From contig JBFMGU010000003.1 in assembly GCA_040752415.1 (NCBI GenBank), positions 1 through 64,000 on the forward strand: DNA of 64,000 bases, given 5' to 3'. The position numbers and the translations under genes are program-made. Under the pieces are notes generated by a model. That model saw nothing but the letters and a program-made list of their open reading frames with translations, had not been told where the DNA came from and did not search any database. This document shows, piece after piece, positions 16,525 through 24,709 of the stretch (position 1 is the stretch's first letter; the number at the start of each line of letters is the position of its first letter). Source of the stretch: Myxococcota bacterium. Its GTDB lineage: Bacteria; Myxococcota; JACRCW01.

Positions 16525-18553
16525 TGTCGTCATCCTGCTTGTTCCCGCGCTCCCGCTGCTGGCGGCCGCGTTGCTCGGCGTGTTGTGGGCGTCCGGTCGC
16601 ACGTTGGCGGAACGGACCGTCAGCCGGATGGTGTGTGGCGCCATCGGCCTCTCGCTCGTCGGGTCGGCGTTTGCGTTGACCCAGGTGCTCACGCTCCATC
16701 ACGGCGTGGAGGTGCGCGCGTGGCGCTGGCTGGAGAGTGGTCGCTTCACCGTGGACGTGGCGTTCCTCGTCGACCCGCTCTCGGGCGTCATGATGACGCT
16801 GGTTTCCCTGCTGTGCCTGGTGGCGTCGTGGTTTGCACGCAACTACATGCACGCGGAGGCGGGGTTCACGCGCTTCTTCGCCCTGGTGAGCCTGTTTGCC
16901 GGCGCCATGCTGGTGCTGGTGATGGCCAACAACTACGTCGTCATGTTCGCCGGGTGGGAGCTGGCGGGCATCTGCTCGTACCTGCTCATTGGCTACCAGC
17001 ATGAGCGCACCTCCGCGGTGCAGGGCGCCACGAGGGCATTCATCACCAAGCGCGTGGCGGAAGTGGCCCTGGTGTTGGGCATCCTGCTCGTGTTCGTGCA
17101 GTTCGGGACGGTGGACTACACGCGGGTGTTCGGTGCGGTGGGTGGATTGTCGACGGAGATGGCCAACGTCATGGCGCTCTGTCTGTTCCTGGGCGCCGCG
17201 GGGAAGGCCGCGCAGCTTCCGTTCGCCACGTGGTTGCCACGCGCCATGGAGGGGCCCACGCCGTCGAGCGCGCTCTTCTACGGCGGCACCATGGTCTCCG
17301 CGGGGGTGTACCTGGTGATCCGCAGCCAGCCCATCTTCAACGCCGCGCCCAACGTGCTGGTGATGGTGGCCATGGTGGGCGTGCTCACCGCCGTGTACGG
17401 CGCGCTCGTCGGGTGGGTGCAGACGGACGTGAAGAGCATCCTGGCGCATTCCGTCATGACGCAGCTGGGGCTCATGTTCCTGGCGTGCGGGCTGGGGGCG
17501 TACACCGCGGCGGTGCATCACCTGGTGGCCCACGCCGTCTTCAGCACGCTGCTCTTCCTGACCGCGCCCTCCATCCTCCTGCGCCTGCGCGACGCGAGCC
17601 CGCGTGAACACGGCGACCGCCACCAGATGACGACGCCACAGTGGCTCTTCATCCTCGGCGTGGCGGGCCTGATGGCCATGCCGTTCGTATCCGGCTGGTG
17701 GGAGACCGACGAGCGCGGCGCGGCATTCGAGGACGCCGGTCACGTGCTGCTGGCTTTTGGCGCGAAGGCGGCGTTCGGCACGGTGGTGCTCTCGTCGCGC
17801 GCGGTGCAACGCGCCTTCGGTGGTCCGCTGGGATCCTCGGTGCTGCGCGTCATGGTGATCAGTCTGGTCGCCGTGGGGCTCGCGGTGGCCGTGCAGCAGA
17901 CGGTGCTCGCCGGTGGGATCGACCAGGGCTGGTTCCAGCGTTTCATGGGCGGGCCGGATGTGAAGCACGGCGACGTGGCCCCGCTGCTGCTCCACGCCTT
18001 GATGCTGGTGCTGCTCGTGGCGCTTACCGTGGGCTGGCTCGGTGCGCTGTACTTTGACCGGCAGCAGCCCGAGGTCCACGGCGCGCTGATGGTCCGGTTG
18101 CGCACGTTGCACGCGGTCGCGTTGCGACGGTTCCATCTCGAGGATCTGCAGGAACGCTGGTTGGTGGCGCCGTTGCTGCGGCTGGGGCGCTGGCTGGACC
18201 GCGTGGATCGTCGGGTCATTGACCGCGCCATGGGGACGCCGGGGCCCGCGCAGCAGGTGCGCAGCGTGCTGGCGCAGTGGGAGGAGCACGTGGCCACCGG
18301 CGGTGCGGTGTCGTCGGAGGGACGGGGCCTGGGACCGGCGCGGGGGCTCATGGGGACGCTGGCGGAGGTTGCTGCGGCGTTCTCGTCGGCGTTGGAGCGC
18401 TACGTCATTGGAATGCTGGTGGGGCGGGGCGTGCCGCAGACCAGTGGCCTGCTGGGGCGGGCGCTCAACGGGCTGGAGCACGTGGTGGGCAAACCCGTGG
18501 TGCTGGGGGCCGTCGTGGCGGCTGGAGCCCTGATGCTGTTGGGGGTGCGTTGA
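16517..18553 (+). CDS. complex-I antiporter-like subunit, NuoL/ND5/MnhA family (DabB-like)
   Basis: 678 aa. ND5/NuoL-type motifs: FAGWELAGICSYLLIGY, AGKAAQLPFATWLPRAMEGPTPSSALFYGGTMVSAGVYLVIRS, SILAHSVMTQLGLMF. Long C-terminal extension typical of L-type subunits. Overlaps DabA-like stop. Confidence 0.8.
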   Translation: MLDVVILLVPALPLLAAALLGVLWASGRTLAERTVSRMVCGAIGLSLVGSAFALTQVLTLHHGVEVRAWRWLESGRFTVDVAFLVDPLSGVMMTLVSLLCLVASWFARNYMHAEAGFTRFFALVSLFAGAMLVLVMANNYVVMFAGWELAGICSYLLIGYQHERTSAVQGATRAFITKRVAEVALVLGILLVFVQFGTVDYTRVFGAVGGLSTEMANVMALCLFLGAAGKAAQLPFATWLPRAMEGPTPSSALFYGGTMVSAGVYLVIRSQPIFNAAPNVLVMVAMVGVLTAVYGALVGWVQTDVKSILAHSVMTQLGLMFLACGLGAYTAAVHHLVAHAVFSTLLFLTAPSILLRLRDASPREHGDRHQMTTPQWLFILGVAGLMAMPFVSGWWETDERGAAFEDAGHVLLAFGAKAAFGTVVLSSRAVQRAFGGPLGSSVLRVMVISLVAVGLAVAVQQTVLAGGIDQGWFQRFMGGPDVKHGDVAPLLLHALMLVLLVALTVGWLGALYFDRQQPEVHGALMVRLRTLHAVALRRFHLEDLQERWLVAPLLRLGRWLDRVDRRVIDRAMGTPGPAQQVRSVLAQWEEHVATGGAVSSEGRGLGPARGLMGTLAEVAAAFSSALERYVIGMLVGRGVPQTSGLLGRALNGLEHVVGKPVVLGAVVAAGALMLLGVR

Positions 18554-20082
18554 TGGAAACGTTTCCGCTGTTGAGCGCGTTGCTGTTCCTTCCGTTGGTG
18601 GCGTCGGTGACCATGACCGCGCTGCGCGACGAACGGGTGGCGCGCCTGGCCGCGTGGGCCTTCGCTGGCGTCGAGCTGTTGCTGGCCGGTGTGATGATCC
18701 TGCGCTTCCAGTCTGGTGTTCCAGGGCCGCAGCTCGTCGAGAACGGGTTCCTCATCCCGGGTCTGGGAGTGCAGTACCACCTCGGTGTCGACGGAATCAG
18801 CGCGTTGTTCGTCCCGGTGGCGGCGCTGATGACCCTGCTCATGGTCCTCCACACCGACGAGCAGGCAGGCGGCGCGCGGCAGAACCTGGCGTCCATCTTC
18901 GCCATGGAGGCCAGCACGGTGGGCGTGCTCGTCTCGTTGGACCTGGGGCTGTGGTGGCTGTTCCTCACGCTGGAGGTGTGGCCCGCGTACCTGGTGATCC
19001 GACGCTGGGGCACCGGGGAACGTCGTCACGAGGTGGCGCGCAGGTTCGCGGCGTTCATGGCGGTCAGCGTGGTGACCTCGTTGGCGGCCGTGGTCTGGCT
19101 CCGCGTGCAGGGCGCGGGACGGCCGTTTCCCCTCAGCGTGACGTCGTGGATGCAGGATCCGCTGGCCGCCGCGGCGCAGGAGCCGGTCTTCCTCCTGTTG
19201 CTGTTGGCGTTGGCCATCCGCATCCCCGTCTTCCCGTTCCACACGTGGCTTCCCCAGGTGGTCGAGCACGGTCCGCTCGTCGGGGTGACGGTGTTCTTCC
19301 TGGGGCTCAAGGTGGGCGCGTACTCACTGCTCCGCGTGGTCATCCCGGTGCTCCCCGACGCCGCGCAGCACTGGGCGTGGTTGATGGCCGGCCTGGGCGT
19401 GGCGGGGCTGTTGCACGGCGGGCTGATTGCCATGGTGGAGCCGAATCTCCGTCGCATGCTGGCGTTCGCGAGCGTGAGTCACGTCGGCGGAGTGCTGCTG
19501 GGAATTGCTTCCCTCACCATGGCGGGGTTCCAGGGCGCGTTGCTGCAGATGCTGAGCCTGGGCGTCTGCGTGGTGTGCCTGTTCTTCCTCGCGGGTTTCC
19601 TCCAGCGGCGGACCGGCGCCGTCGACGCGCCGTCCCTCGGCGGACTGGTGCACCGCGTGCCGCGGCTCTCGGTGGTCTTCCTCGTCATGGCCATGGCGTG
19701 CGTGGGCATGCCGGGCACCAGCGGTTTCAACGGGGAGCACCTCATCATGCTGGGCGCGCTGCGCGCGAACTGGCTCTGGGGCCTGGCCGCGGGTGTGGGA
19801 ACGTTGCTGAGCGCCGCGTACTTCCTCATCTACTTCCAGCGCGCCTTCATCCGCGCGCCCGTCGTCAACACGGCTTCTCCCATCTCCGACCTGACCGCGC
19901 GGGAGTGGCTCACCTGTGGAACGTTGTGCGCGCTGGTGTTCTGGTGCGGTCTCTTCACCGGTCCGTTCCTCGACGTGATGAACGGTTCACTCAAGTCGCT
20001 GGCCCACAAGGTCGACCGTCGCGCGCACACCACCGTGACCACGCTGGAGCAGCAGCCGGGGAGCAACCATGCCCTTGAATGA
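18553..20082 (+). CDS. complex-I antiporter-like subunit, NuoM/ND4 family
   Basis: Start METFPLLSALLFLPLVASV shares the A of the upstream TGA (TGATG). Motifs LGVDGISALFVPVAALMTLLMVL, WWLFLTLEVWPAYLV, FPFHTWLPQVVEHGP. Confidence 0.75.
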   Translation: METFPLLSALLFLPLVASVTMTALRDERVARLAAWAFAGVELLLAGVMILRFQSGVPGPQLVENGFLIPGLGVQYHLGVDGISALFVPVAALMTLLMVLHTDEQAGGARQNLASIFAMEASTVGVLVSLDLGLWWLFLTLEVWPAYLVIRRWGTGERRHEVARRFAAFMAVSVVTSLAAVVWLRVQGAGRPFPLSVTSWMQDPLAAAAQEPVFLLLLLALAIRIPVFPFHTWLPQVVEHGPLVGVTVFFLGLKVGAYSLLRVVIPVLPDAAQHWAWLMAGLGVAGLLHGGLIAMVEPNLRRMLAFASVSHVGGVLLGIASLTMAGFQGALLQMLSLGVCVVCLFFLAGFLQRRTGAVDAPSLGGLVHRVPRLSVVFLVMAMACVGMPGTSGFNGEHLIMLGALRANWLWGLAAGVGTLLSAAYFLIYFQRAFIRAPVVNTASPISDLTAREWLTCGTLCALVFWCGLFTGPFLDVMNGSLKSLAHKVDRRAHTTVTTLEQQPGSNHALE

Positions 20083-21586
20083 GATCATGGCGTTGCAGCA
20101 GGTGGGCTTCCCCATCCTGACCACGCTCATCCTGCTCCCGGTGGCGGCGATCTTCGCATTGCTGGTGGCGCCGGTGAGCTGGTCGCGGAGGGTGGGTTAC
20201 GTGGCCGCGGCGCTGGAGCTGGCGTTGTCCGTGCTCCTGGTGGCGCGCTTCCGGCCCGGCGTGGCGGACATGCAATTCGTGGAGCGCGCCAGCTGGATTC
20301 CCACGCTGGGAGTGAACTGGCACGTCGGTGTCGACGGCATCAGCCTGCTGTTCATCCCGCTGACCTGTTTGCTGACGCTGCTGGTGCTCATCCAGCGCGC
20401 GCCCTCCGCCAAGGTCCACCCGCGCGGGTGGCTGGCGTGCATGTTGGGGTTGCAGGCGGCCACCGTCGGGGTGTTCGCAGCGCTGGACCTGATCCTGTTC
20501 TTCATCTTCTGGGAGCTGACGCTCATCCCCACGTTCTTCCTCGTGTCCCGTTGGGGCTTCGGTCCGCATCGACGGTTCGCCGCCGTGAAATACGTGGTGT
20601 TCATGCTTGTGGGCTCGGCGCCGTTGCTGGTAGCCAACATCATCCTGGGCACCCACGCGGCGCGCATTACCGGCAACTTCGTCGGAGCGTTCGACCTCAC
20701 CGCGCTCCTCGCCACGCCGCTTCCCGTCGAGCTGCAGACCCAGGTGCTCTTCCTGCTGGTGCTGGGGTTCGCCGTGAAGGCGCCCATGTTCCCGTTCCAC
20801 ACCTGGCTGCCCGCGCTGCTGCTGGAGGGGCCCGTCGGGATCGGGGTGTTCATGGTGGGTGTGAAGCTCGGCATCTACGGGCTCGTCCGCCTCGCCATTC
20901 CGCTCGCTCCCGACGCGGCTCGCGAATGGGCCACGGCGGGCATGGCCTGGGGGCTGGTGGGCGTCCTCTATGGCGCGCTCGTGGCGCTGAGCCAGGACAA
21001 CCTCCGTCGGATGCTGGCGTTTCTCGGCGTCAGTCACGTGGGGTTGATGGTCATGGGCCTGTTCTCGCTCAATGTGCAGGGCGTGCAGGGCGCGCTGCTG
21101 GTGATGCTCAACATGGGGATCACCTCCACGGGACTGATGTTCCTCCTCGGCGCGCTCTACGCGCGCACCGGCTCGTCGGACCTGACGGCGCTGGGCGGAT
21201 TGGCGCGACATGCTCCCATGCTCACCACCGCCTTCTTCGTCCTGGCGCTGGGCTCCATGGGTGTCCCGGGAACCAGCGGGTTCAGCAGCGAGCAGGTGCT
21301 GCTGTTGGGCGCATTCAAGGCCCACGGGGGCTGGGCGGCGGCCGCGCTCGTCGGTGCGCTGGTGGGTGCCGCGGCGCTCATCTGGGCCTTCCAACGCGCC
21401 TTCGTCGGTCCCGCCAGCCCACGCCGCGTCGACGATCTGCTCCCCCGCGAGAAGGCCGTGGCCGCCGTTCTCGTCGTGCTCGTGCTTGCCCTGGGGCTCC
21501 ACCCGCGACCGGTGATGGAGACCAGTCGCGCCGCCGTGGATGCCTTCCACCAACGTCTCAACCTTCGCGTCACCGCGTCACGCTGA
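20069..21586 (+). CDS. complex-I antiporter-like subunit, NuoN/NuoM (ND2/ND4) family
   Basis: 505 aa. Motifs VGVDGISLLFIPLTCLLTLLVL, ILFFIFWELTLIPTFFLVSRWG, MFPFHTWLPALLLEGPVGIGVF. Overlaps upstream gene by 14 nt. Confidence 0.75.
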   Translation: MPLNEIMALQQVGFPILTTLILLPVAAIFALLVAPVSWSRRVGYVAAALELALSVLLVARFRPGVADMQFVERASWIPTLGVNWHVGVDGISLLFIPLTCLLTLLVLIQRAPSAKVHPRGWLACMLGLQAATVGVFAALDLILFFIFWELTLIPTFFLVSRWGFGPHRRFAAVKYVVFMLVGSAPLLVANIILGTHAARITGNFVGAFDLTALLATPLPVELQTQVLFLLVLGFAVKAPMFPFHTWLPALLLEGPVGIGVFMVGVKLGIYGLVRLAIPLAPDAAREWATAGMAWGLVGVLYGALVALSQDNLRRMLAFLGVSHVGLMVMGLFSLNVQGVQGALLVMLNMGITSTGLMFLLGALYARTGSSDLTALGGLARHAPMLTTAFFVLALGSMGVPGTSGFSSEQVLLLGAFKAHGGWAAAALVGALVGAAALIWAFQRAFVGPASPRRVDDLLPREKAVAAVLVVLVLALGLHPRPVMETSRAAVDAFHQRLNLRVTASR

Positions 21587-21602
21587 ACCGTCAGAGGTCC
21601 CC

Positions 21603-23234
21603 ATGCAGACCGATTCCGTCGTCAAGGAAAAGCCCGTCGCCAAGAACGTTGCACCGCCGCCCGCGCAGCCCGCGTCGGCGACGCCCAAACCGGACGCGCC
21701 GGACCTGCGTCCCACCGCGAACATCAAGTACGACCTGCCCGCGGGCCTGGTGGTCTTCCTGGTGGCGCTGCCGCTTTGCCTGGGCATTGCGCTGGCCTCC
21801 AACGCGCCGCTGTTCTCCGGCGTCATCGCGGGGATTGTGGGTGGCCTGGTGGTCCCGTTCATCAGCGGCTCACCGCTCAGCGTCAGCGGTCCCGCGGCGG
21901 GACTGGCGGCGATTGTCTCCATGGGCATTGCGCAGGTGGGCGGCTTCCCGCAGTTCCTGGCGGCGGTGCTCCTGGGCGGCGTCATCCAGATCCTGCTCGG
22001 CGCGTTCCGGCTGGGCGCGGTGGCGTATTTCATCCCCTCGTCGGTGATCAAGGGCATGCTCACCGCCATTGGCCTGCTCCTCATCTTCAAGCAGCTCCCG
22101 CACGCCATCGGTTATGACGTCGACAACTTTGCCTCCGTGAAGTTCAAGGCCGCCGACGGCAACACCTTCAGCGTGCTGCTGGACTCGGTGAAGACCATGG
22201 AGTGGGGCGCGTTCCTCATCAGCGCGGTCTCGCTCGTCATCCTGGCGGGTTGGGAGCACACGCCGCTCAAGAAGATCTCGTTCCTCCCGTCGGCACTGGT
22301 GGCGGTCGTTGTTGGCTCGCTCATCAATGAGGGACTGGTGTCGTCGGGCTCCGCGCTGGCGTTGGGGAGCACGCACCTGGTGGACCTTCCGCCCATGGAC
22401 GGCGTGGGTGGCTTCGTGGCGCAGCTGCAGATGCCGCAGTGGAGCGCGTTCACCAACCCGCAGGTGTGGGTCATGGGGCTCACGCTTGGCATCGTGGCGT
22501 CGTTGGAGACGCTGCTCAGCATTGAGGCGGTGGACAAGCTGGACCCGTTCCACCGCAAGAGCCCGCTCAACCGTGAGCTGCTGGCGCAGGGCGCGGCCAA
22601 CGCCACCTCCGGTCTCATCGGCGGGTTGCCCATCACCGCCGTCATCGTGCGCAGCAGCGCCAACGTGAATGCCGGTGCGCGCACGCAGGCCTCCGCCATC
22701 TTCCACGGTGTGTTCCTGTTCCTCGCGGTGGTATTCGCCGGGAGCCTGTTGGTGCACATCCCGCTGGCGTGCCTGGCCTCCATCCTGCTCATGACCGGCT
22801 ACAAGCTGGCCAAGCCCGCCATGTTCCGCGCCATGTTCCAGCTGGGTTGGGGTCAGTTCATCCCGTTCATGGCCACCATCGTCGCCATTGTGTTCACCGA
22901 CCTGCTGCGCGGCATTGGCGTGGGCTTGGTGGTGGGCCTGGCGTTCGTGATCCGCGCCAACATCCGCGACGCGTTCACCGTCAAGAAGCACGGCTCCAGC
23001 TATCTCATCCTGCTGCGCAAGGACGTGTTCTTCTACAACAAGGCCGTGCTCATCCAGGCGCTGGAGCGCATCCCGTCGGGCGCCAGCGTGATTGTCGACG
23101 GAGGCAGCACCGAGTTCATTGACATGGACATCTACGAGGCGGTGCTGGCCTTCAAGGCAGGCGCCGCGGCGCGCAACATCAACGTGGAGCTGCGGCTGCG
23201 CGCGCCCGGCGTCATGGCGCCCGCGGCGCATTGA
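21603..23234 (+). CDS. SulP-family anion transporter with C-terminal STAS domain (BicA/sulfate-permease-like)
   Basis: Start MQTDSVVKEK is preceded by GAGG 7 nt upstream. The listed ORF 21540.. overlaps the previous gene and is less likely. SulP hallmarks: LVVFLVALPLCLGIALASNAPLFSGVIAGIVGGLV.. Multiple TM segments. C-terminal STAS-like fold (YLILLRKDVFFYNKAVLIQALERIPSGASVIVDGGSTEFIDMDIYEAVLAF). Confidence 0.8.
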   Translation: MQTDSVVKEKPVAKNVAPPPAQPASATPKPDAPDLRPTANIKYDLPAGLVVFLVALPLCLGIALASNAPLFSGVIAGIVGGLVVPFISGSPLSVSGPAAGLAAIVSMGIAQVGGFPQFLAAVLLGGVIQILLGAFRLGAVAYFIPSSVIKGMLTAIGLLLIFKQLPHAIGYDVDNFASVKFKAADGNTFSVLLDSVKTMEWGAFLISAVSLVILAGWEHTPLKKISFLPSALVAVVVGSLINEGLVSSGSALALGSTHLVDLPPMDGVGGFVAQLQMPQWSAFTNPQVWVMGLTLGIVASLETLLSIEAVDKLDPFHRKSPLNRELLAQGAANATSGLIGGLPITAVIVRSSANVNAGARTQASAIFHGVFLFLAVVFAGSLLVHIPLACLASILLMTGYKLAKPAMFRAMFQLGWGQFIPFMATIVAIVFTDLLRGIGVGLVVGLAFVIRANIRDAFTVKKHGSSYLILLRKDVFFYNKAVLIQALERIPSGASVIVDGGSTEFIDMDIYEAVLAFKAGAAARNINVELRLRAPGVMAPAAH

Positions 23235-23237
23235 GTC

Positions 23238-23620
23238 CCCCCAAGAAGGAAGTCAGGAGTCAGAAGTCAGAAGATGGTCCCGCGACGACGACGGGTAGGC
23301 ATCTTCTGAAGGGGCGTTGGAGAAGTTCCGACAAGGGCGTCACAACGGAGAGTGTGGTCCTGCCCTGCTTGTTGCGGCGGGCGAGCCCGCACCTGGCAAT
23401 GTGGCGGCGCCAAGCGCGTCACGAAGCGGGTGGGCGGAAGCAGCGGCGCCCTGGAGTGCGGTGCGAACCGAGCGAGCGGTCGACGACGTGAAGCACCGCC
23501 CTGGATCGGGCCGCTCCGACGGCGCATCCGACAGACCCTCAGAAGGTGCTCTCCCGTCGTCGTCACGGGACCAACCTTCTGACTTCTGACTCCTGACTCC
23601 TGACTTCCTTTTGGGATCCC
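23238..23620. repeat. long imperfect palindrome: ~75-bp inverted-repeat arms (GGAAGTCAGGAGTCAGAAGTCAGAAG...GGTCCCGCGACGACGACGGG...) separated by ~235 bp
   Basis: Left arm 23238-23312 and right arm 23545-23620 are reverse complements with only a few mismatches. The outer parts carry a tandem GTCAGAA/GTCAGGA motif. A nested second inverted pair (GTCCCGCGACGACGACGGG / CCCGTCGTCGTCACGGGAC) sits inside. Intergenic between SulP and a hypothetical gene. Confidence 0.7.
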
Positions 23621-23674
23621 CGACAACCCATGACCCACATTGCGACCGCAGATCGCGACCTCTAACGTCAGGGC

Positions 23675-24226
23675 GTGCCGCGCCCGTCCATTCCCCGCGC
23701 CGTGCCTCCCGCCACGCCCGCGGGTGTCATCTCCGCGCGGCCCGGATTGCGTGGTCACGACGGGCGTTGGCCGCGTCGCATCCTGGGCCTGATGCTGTTG
23801 CTGGCGTGCATCCCCGCCACCTGCATGGCGGTGGTGGACCGCCTGTTTCCCACCGAGGGGAGCTTCGCCAACCTGGCGGCCATGCGGGAGCGCGGCTGGC
23901 ACGTGCCCACGTTCGTCCCGCCTGTGGCGACGGAGATCCGCGTGTGGAGCCATCCGCCGGCGCGCACGTGGGCCATGCGGTTCCGTTTCCCGACGGGGAA
24001 TCCCTGGATCTCGTCGCACGGCGTGGAGGTGCCCACCGCGGAGGTGCCCTACCGTCTGCCCACGGAGCAGGTTCCCCCGTGGTGGCCCCCGGAGCTCGAC
24101 GGCGCACGCGCGGTGGGAGCGCAGCCGGGTGTGACGTACGTGCGGTTCCACCGGTCGCGGAATTCCTCGTTCTTCTGCGCGGTCACGGCGGAATCCGTGG
24201 CGCACTGCTGGCACCGGCGACACTGA
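23675..24226 (+). CDS. hypothetical membrane protein
   Basis: 183 aa. One clear TM helix (ILGLMLLLACIPATCMAVV). No recognisable domain. Codon usage is consistent with neighbours. Confidence 0.3.
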   Translation: MPRPSIPRAVPPATPAGVISARPGLRGHDGRWPRRILGLMLLLACIPATCMAVVDRLFPTEGSFANLAAMRERGWHVPTFVPPVATEIRVWSHPPARTWAMRFRFPTGNPWISSHGVEVPTAEVPYRLPTEQVPPWWPPELDGARAVGAQPGVTYVRFHRSRNSSFFCAVTAESVAHCWHRRH

Positions 24227-24287
24227 GTTGCACGGCTGGTTTCCCCGGGGCGGTCCTGCTAGGAGGGGGCCCGGAACCGAGCAGCCC

Positions 24288-24653
24288 ATGCCCAATCCCG
24301 CCGACATTGCCAAAGTGCGTGCGTTCATTTCCCGCGAGCTGGACACCATCAGTGAGTACGTCGCCATGGCGGAGGCCGCCGAGGACCCCGTGGTGAAGGA
24401 GCTCTTCATCCACGTGGCGCGCGAGGAGAAGGAGCACGTGGCGGAGGGCATGCGCCTGTTGCACGCGCTGGATCCGGATCAGGCCAGCGTGGAGTCGGCG
24501 CACGCGGAGGCGCTGCTGGGCGGGGCGGCGGGCTCGTCGTTGGGGCCGTTGGCCACGCCCGTGTCGTCGGCCGCGTCCACGCCCGCTTCCGCGCCGCCGG
24601 ATGGCCCCGGGAAAGGCACCTTCACCGTAGGCAACCTCCGACGGGGCGCCTGA
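24288..24653 (+). CDS. encapsulin cargo: ferritin-like (EncFtn/rubrerythrin-like) protein with C-terminal targeting peptide
   Basis: Start MPNPADIAK is preceded by AGGAGGGGG. ExxH ferritin-like helices (VAREEKEHVAEGMRLLHALD). Disordered Ala/Ser/Pro linker, then C-terminal ...GKGTFTVGNLRRGA, resembling the TVGSLR-type encapsulin cargo-loading peptide. Immediately upstream of an encapsulin shell gene. Confidence 0.7.
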   Translation: MPNPADIAKVRAFISRELDTISEYVAMAEAAEDPVVKELFIHVAREEKEHVAEGMRLLHALDPDQASVESAHAEALLGGAAGSSLGPLATPVSSAASTPASAPPDGPGKGTFTVGNLRRGA

Positions 24654-24709
24654 CCTCCCACGTTGTTATCTTCCTCCCACCCGCATTCCGGTTTGCACGG
24701 AGACACTCC

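Noticed and set aside
16484-18481. 665-aa minus-strand ORF antisense to the NuoL-like gene
   Set aside because: Antisense artefact of high-GC DNA. No motifs.
23231-23589. Small ORFs (86, 90, 76 aa) within the long palindrome
   Set aside because: They lie entirely within inverted-repeat sequence, lack an RBS, and have atypical composition. More likely non-coding structure.
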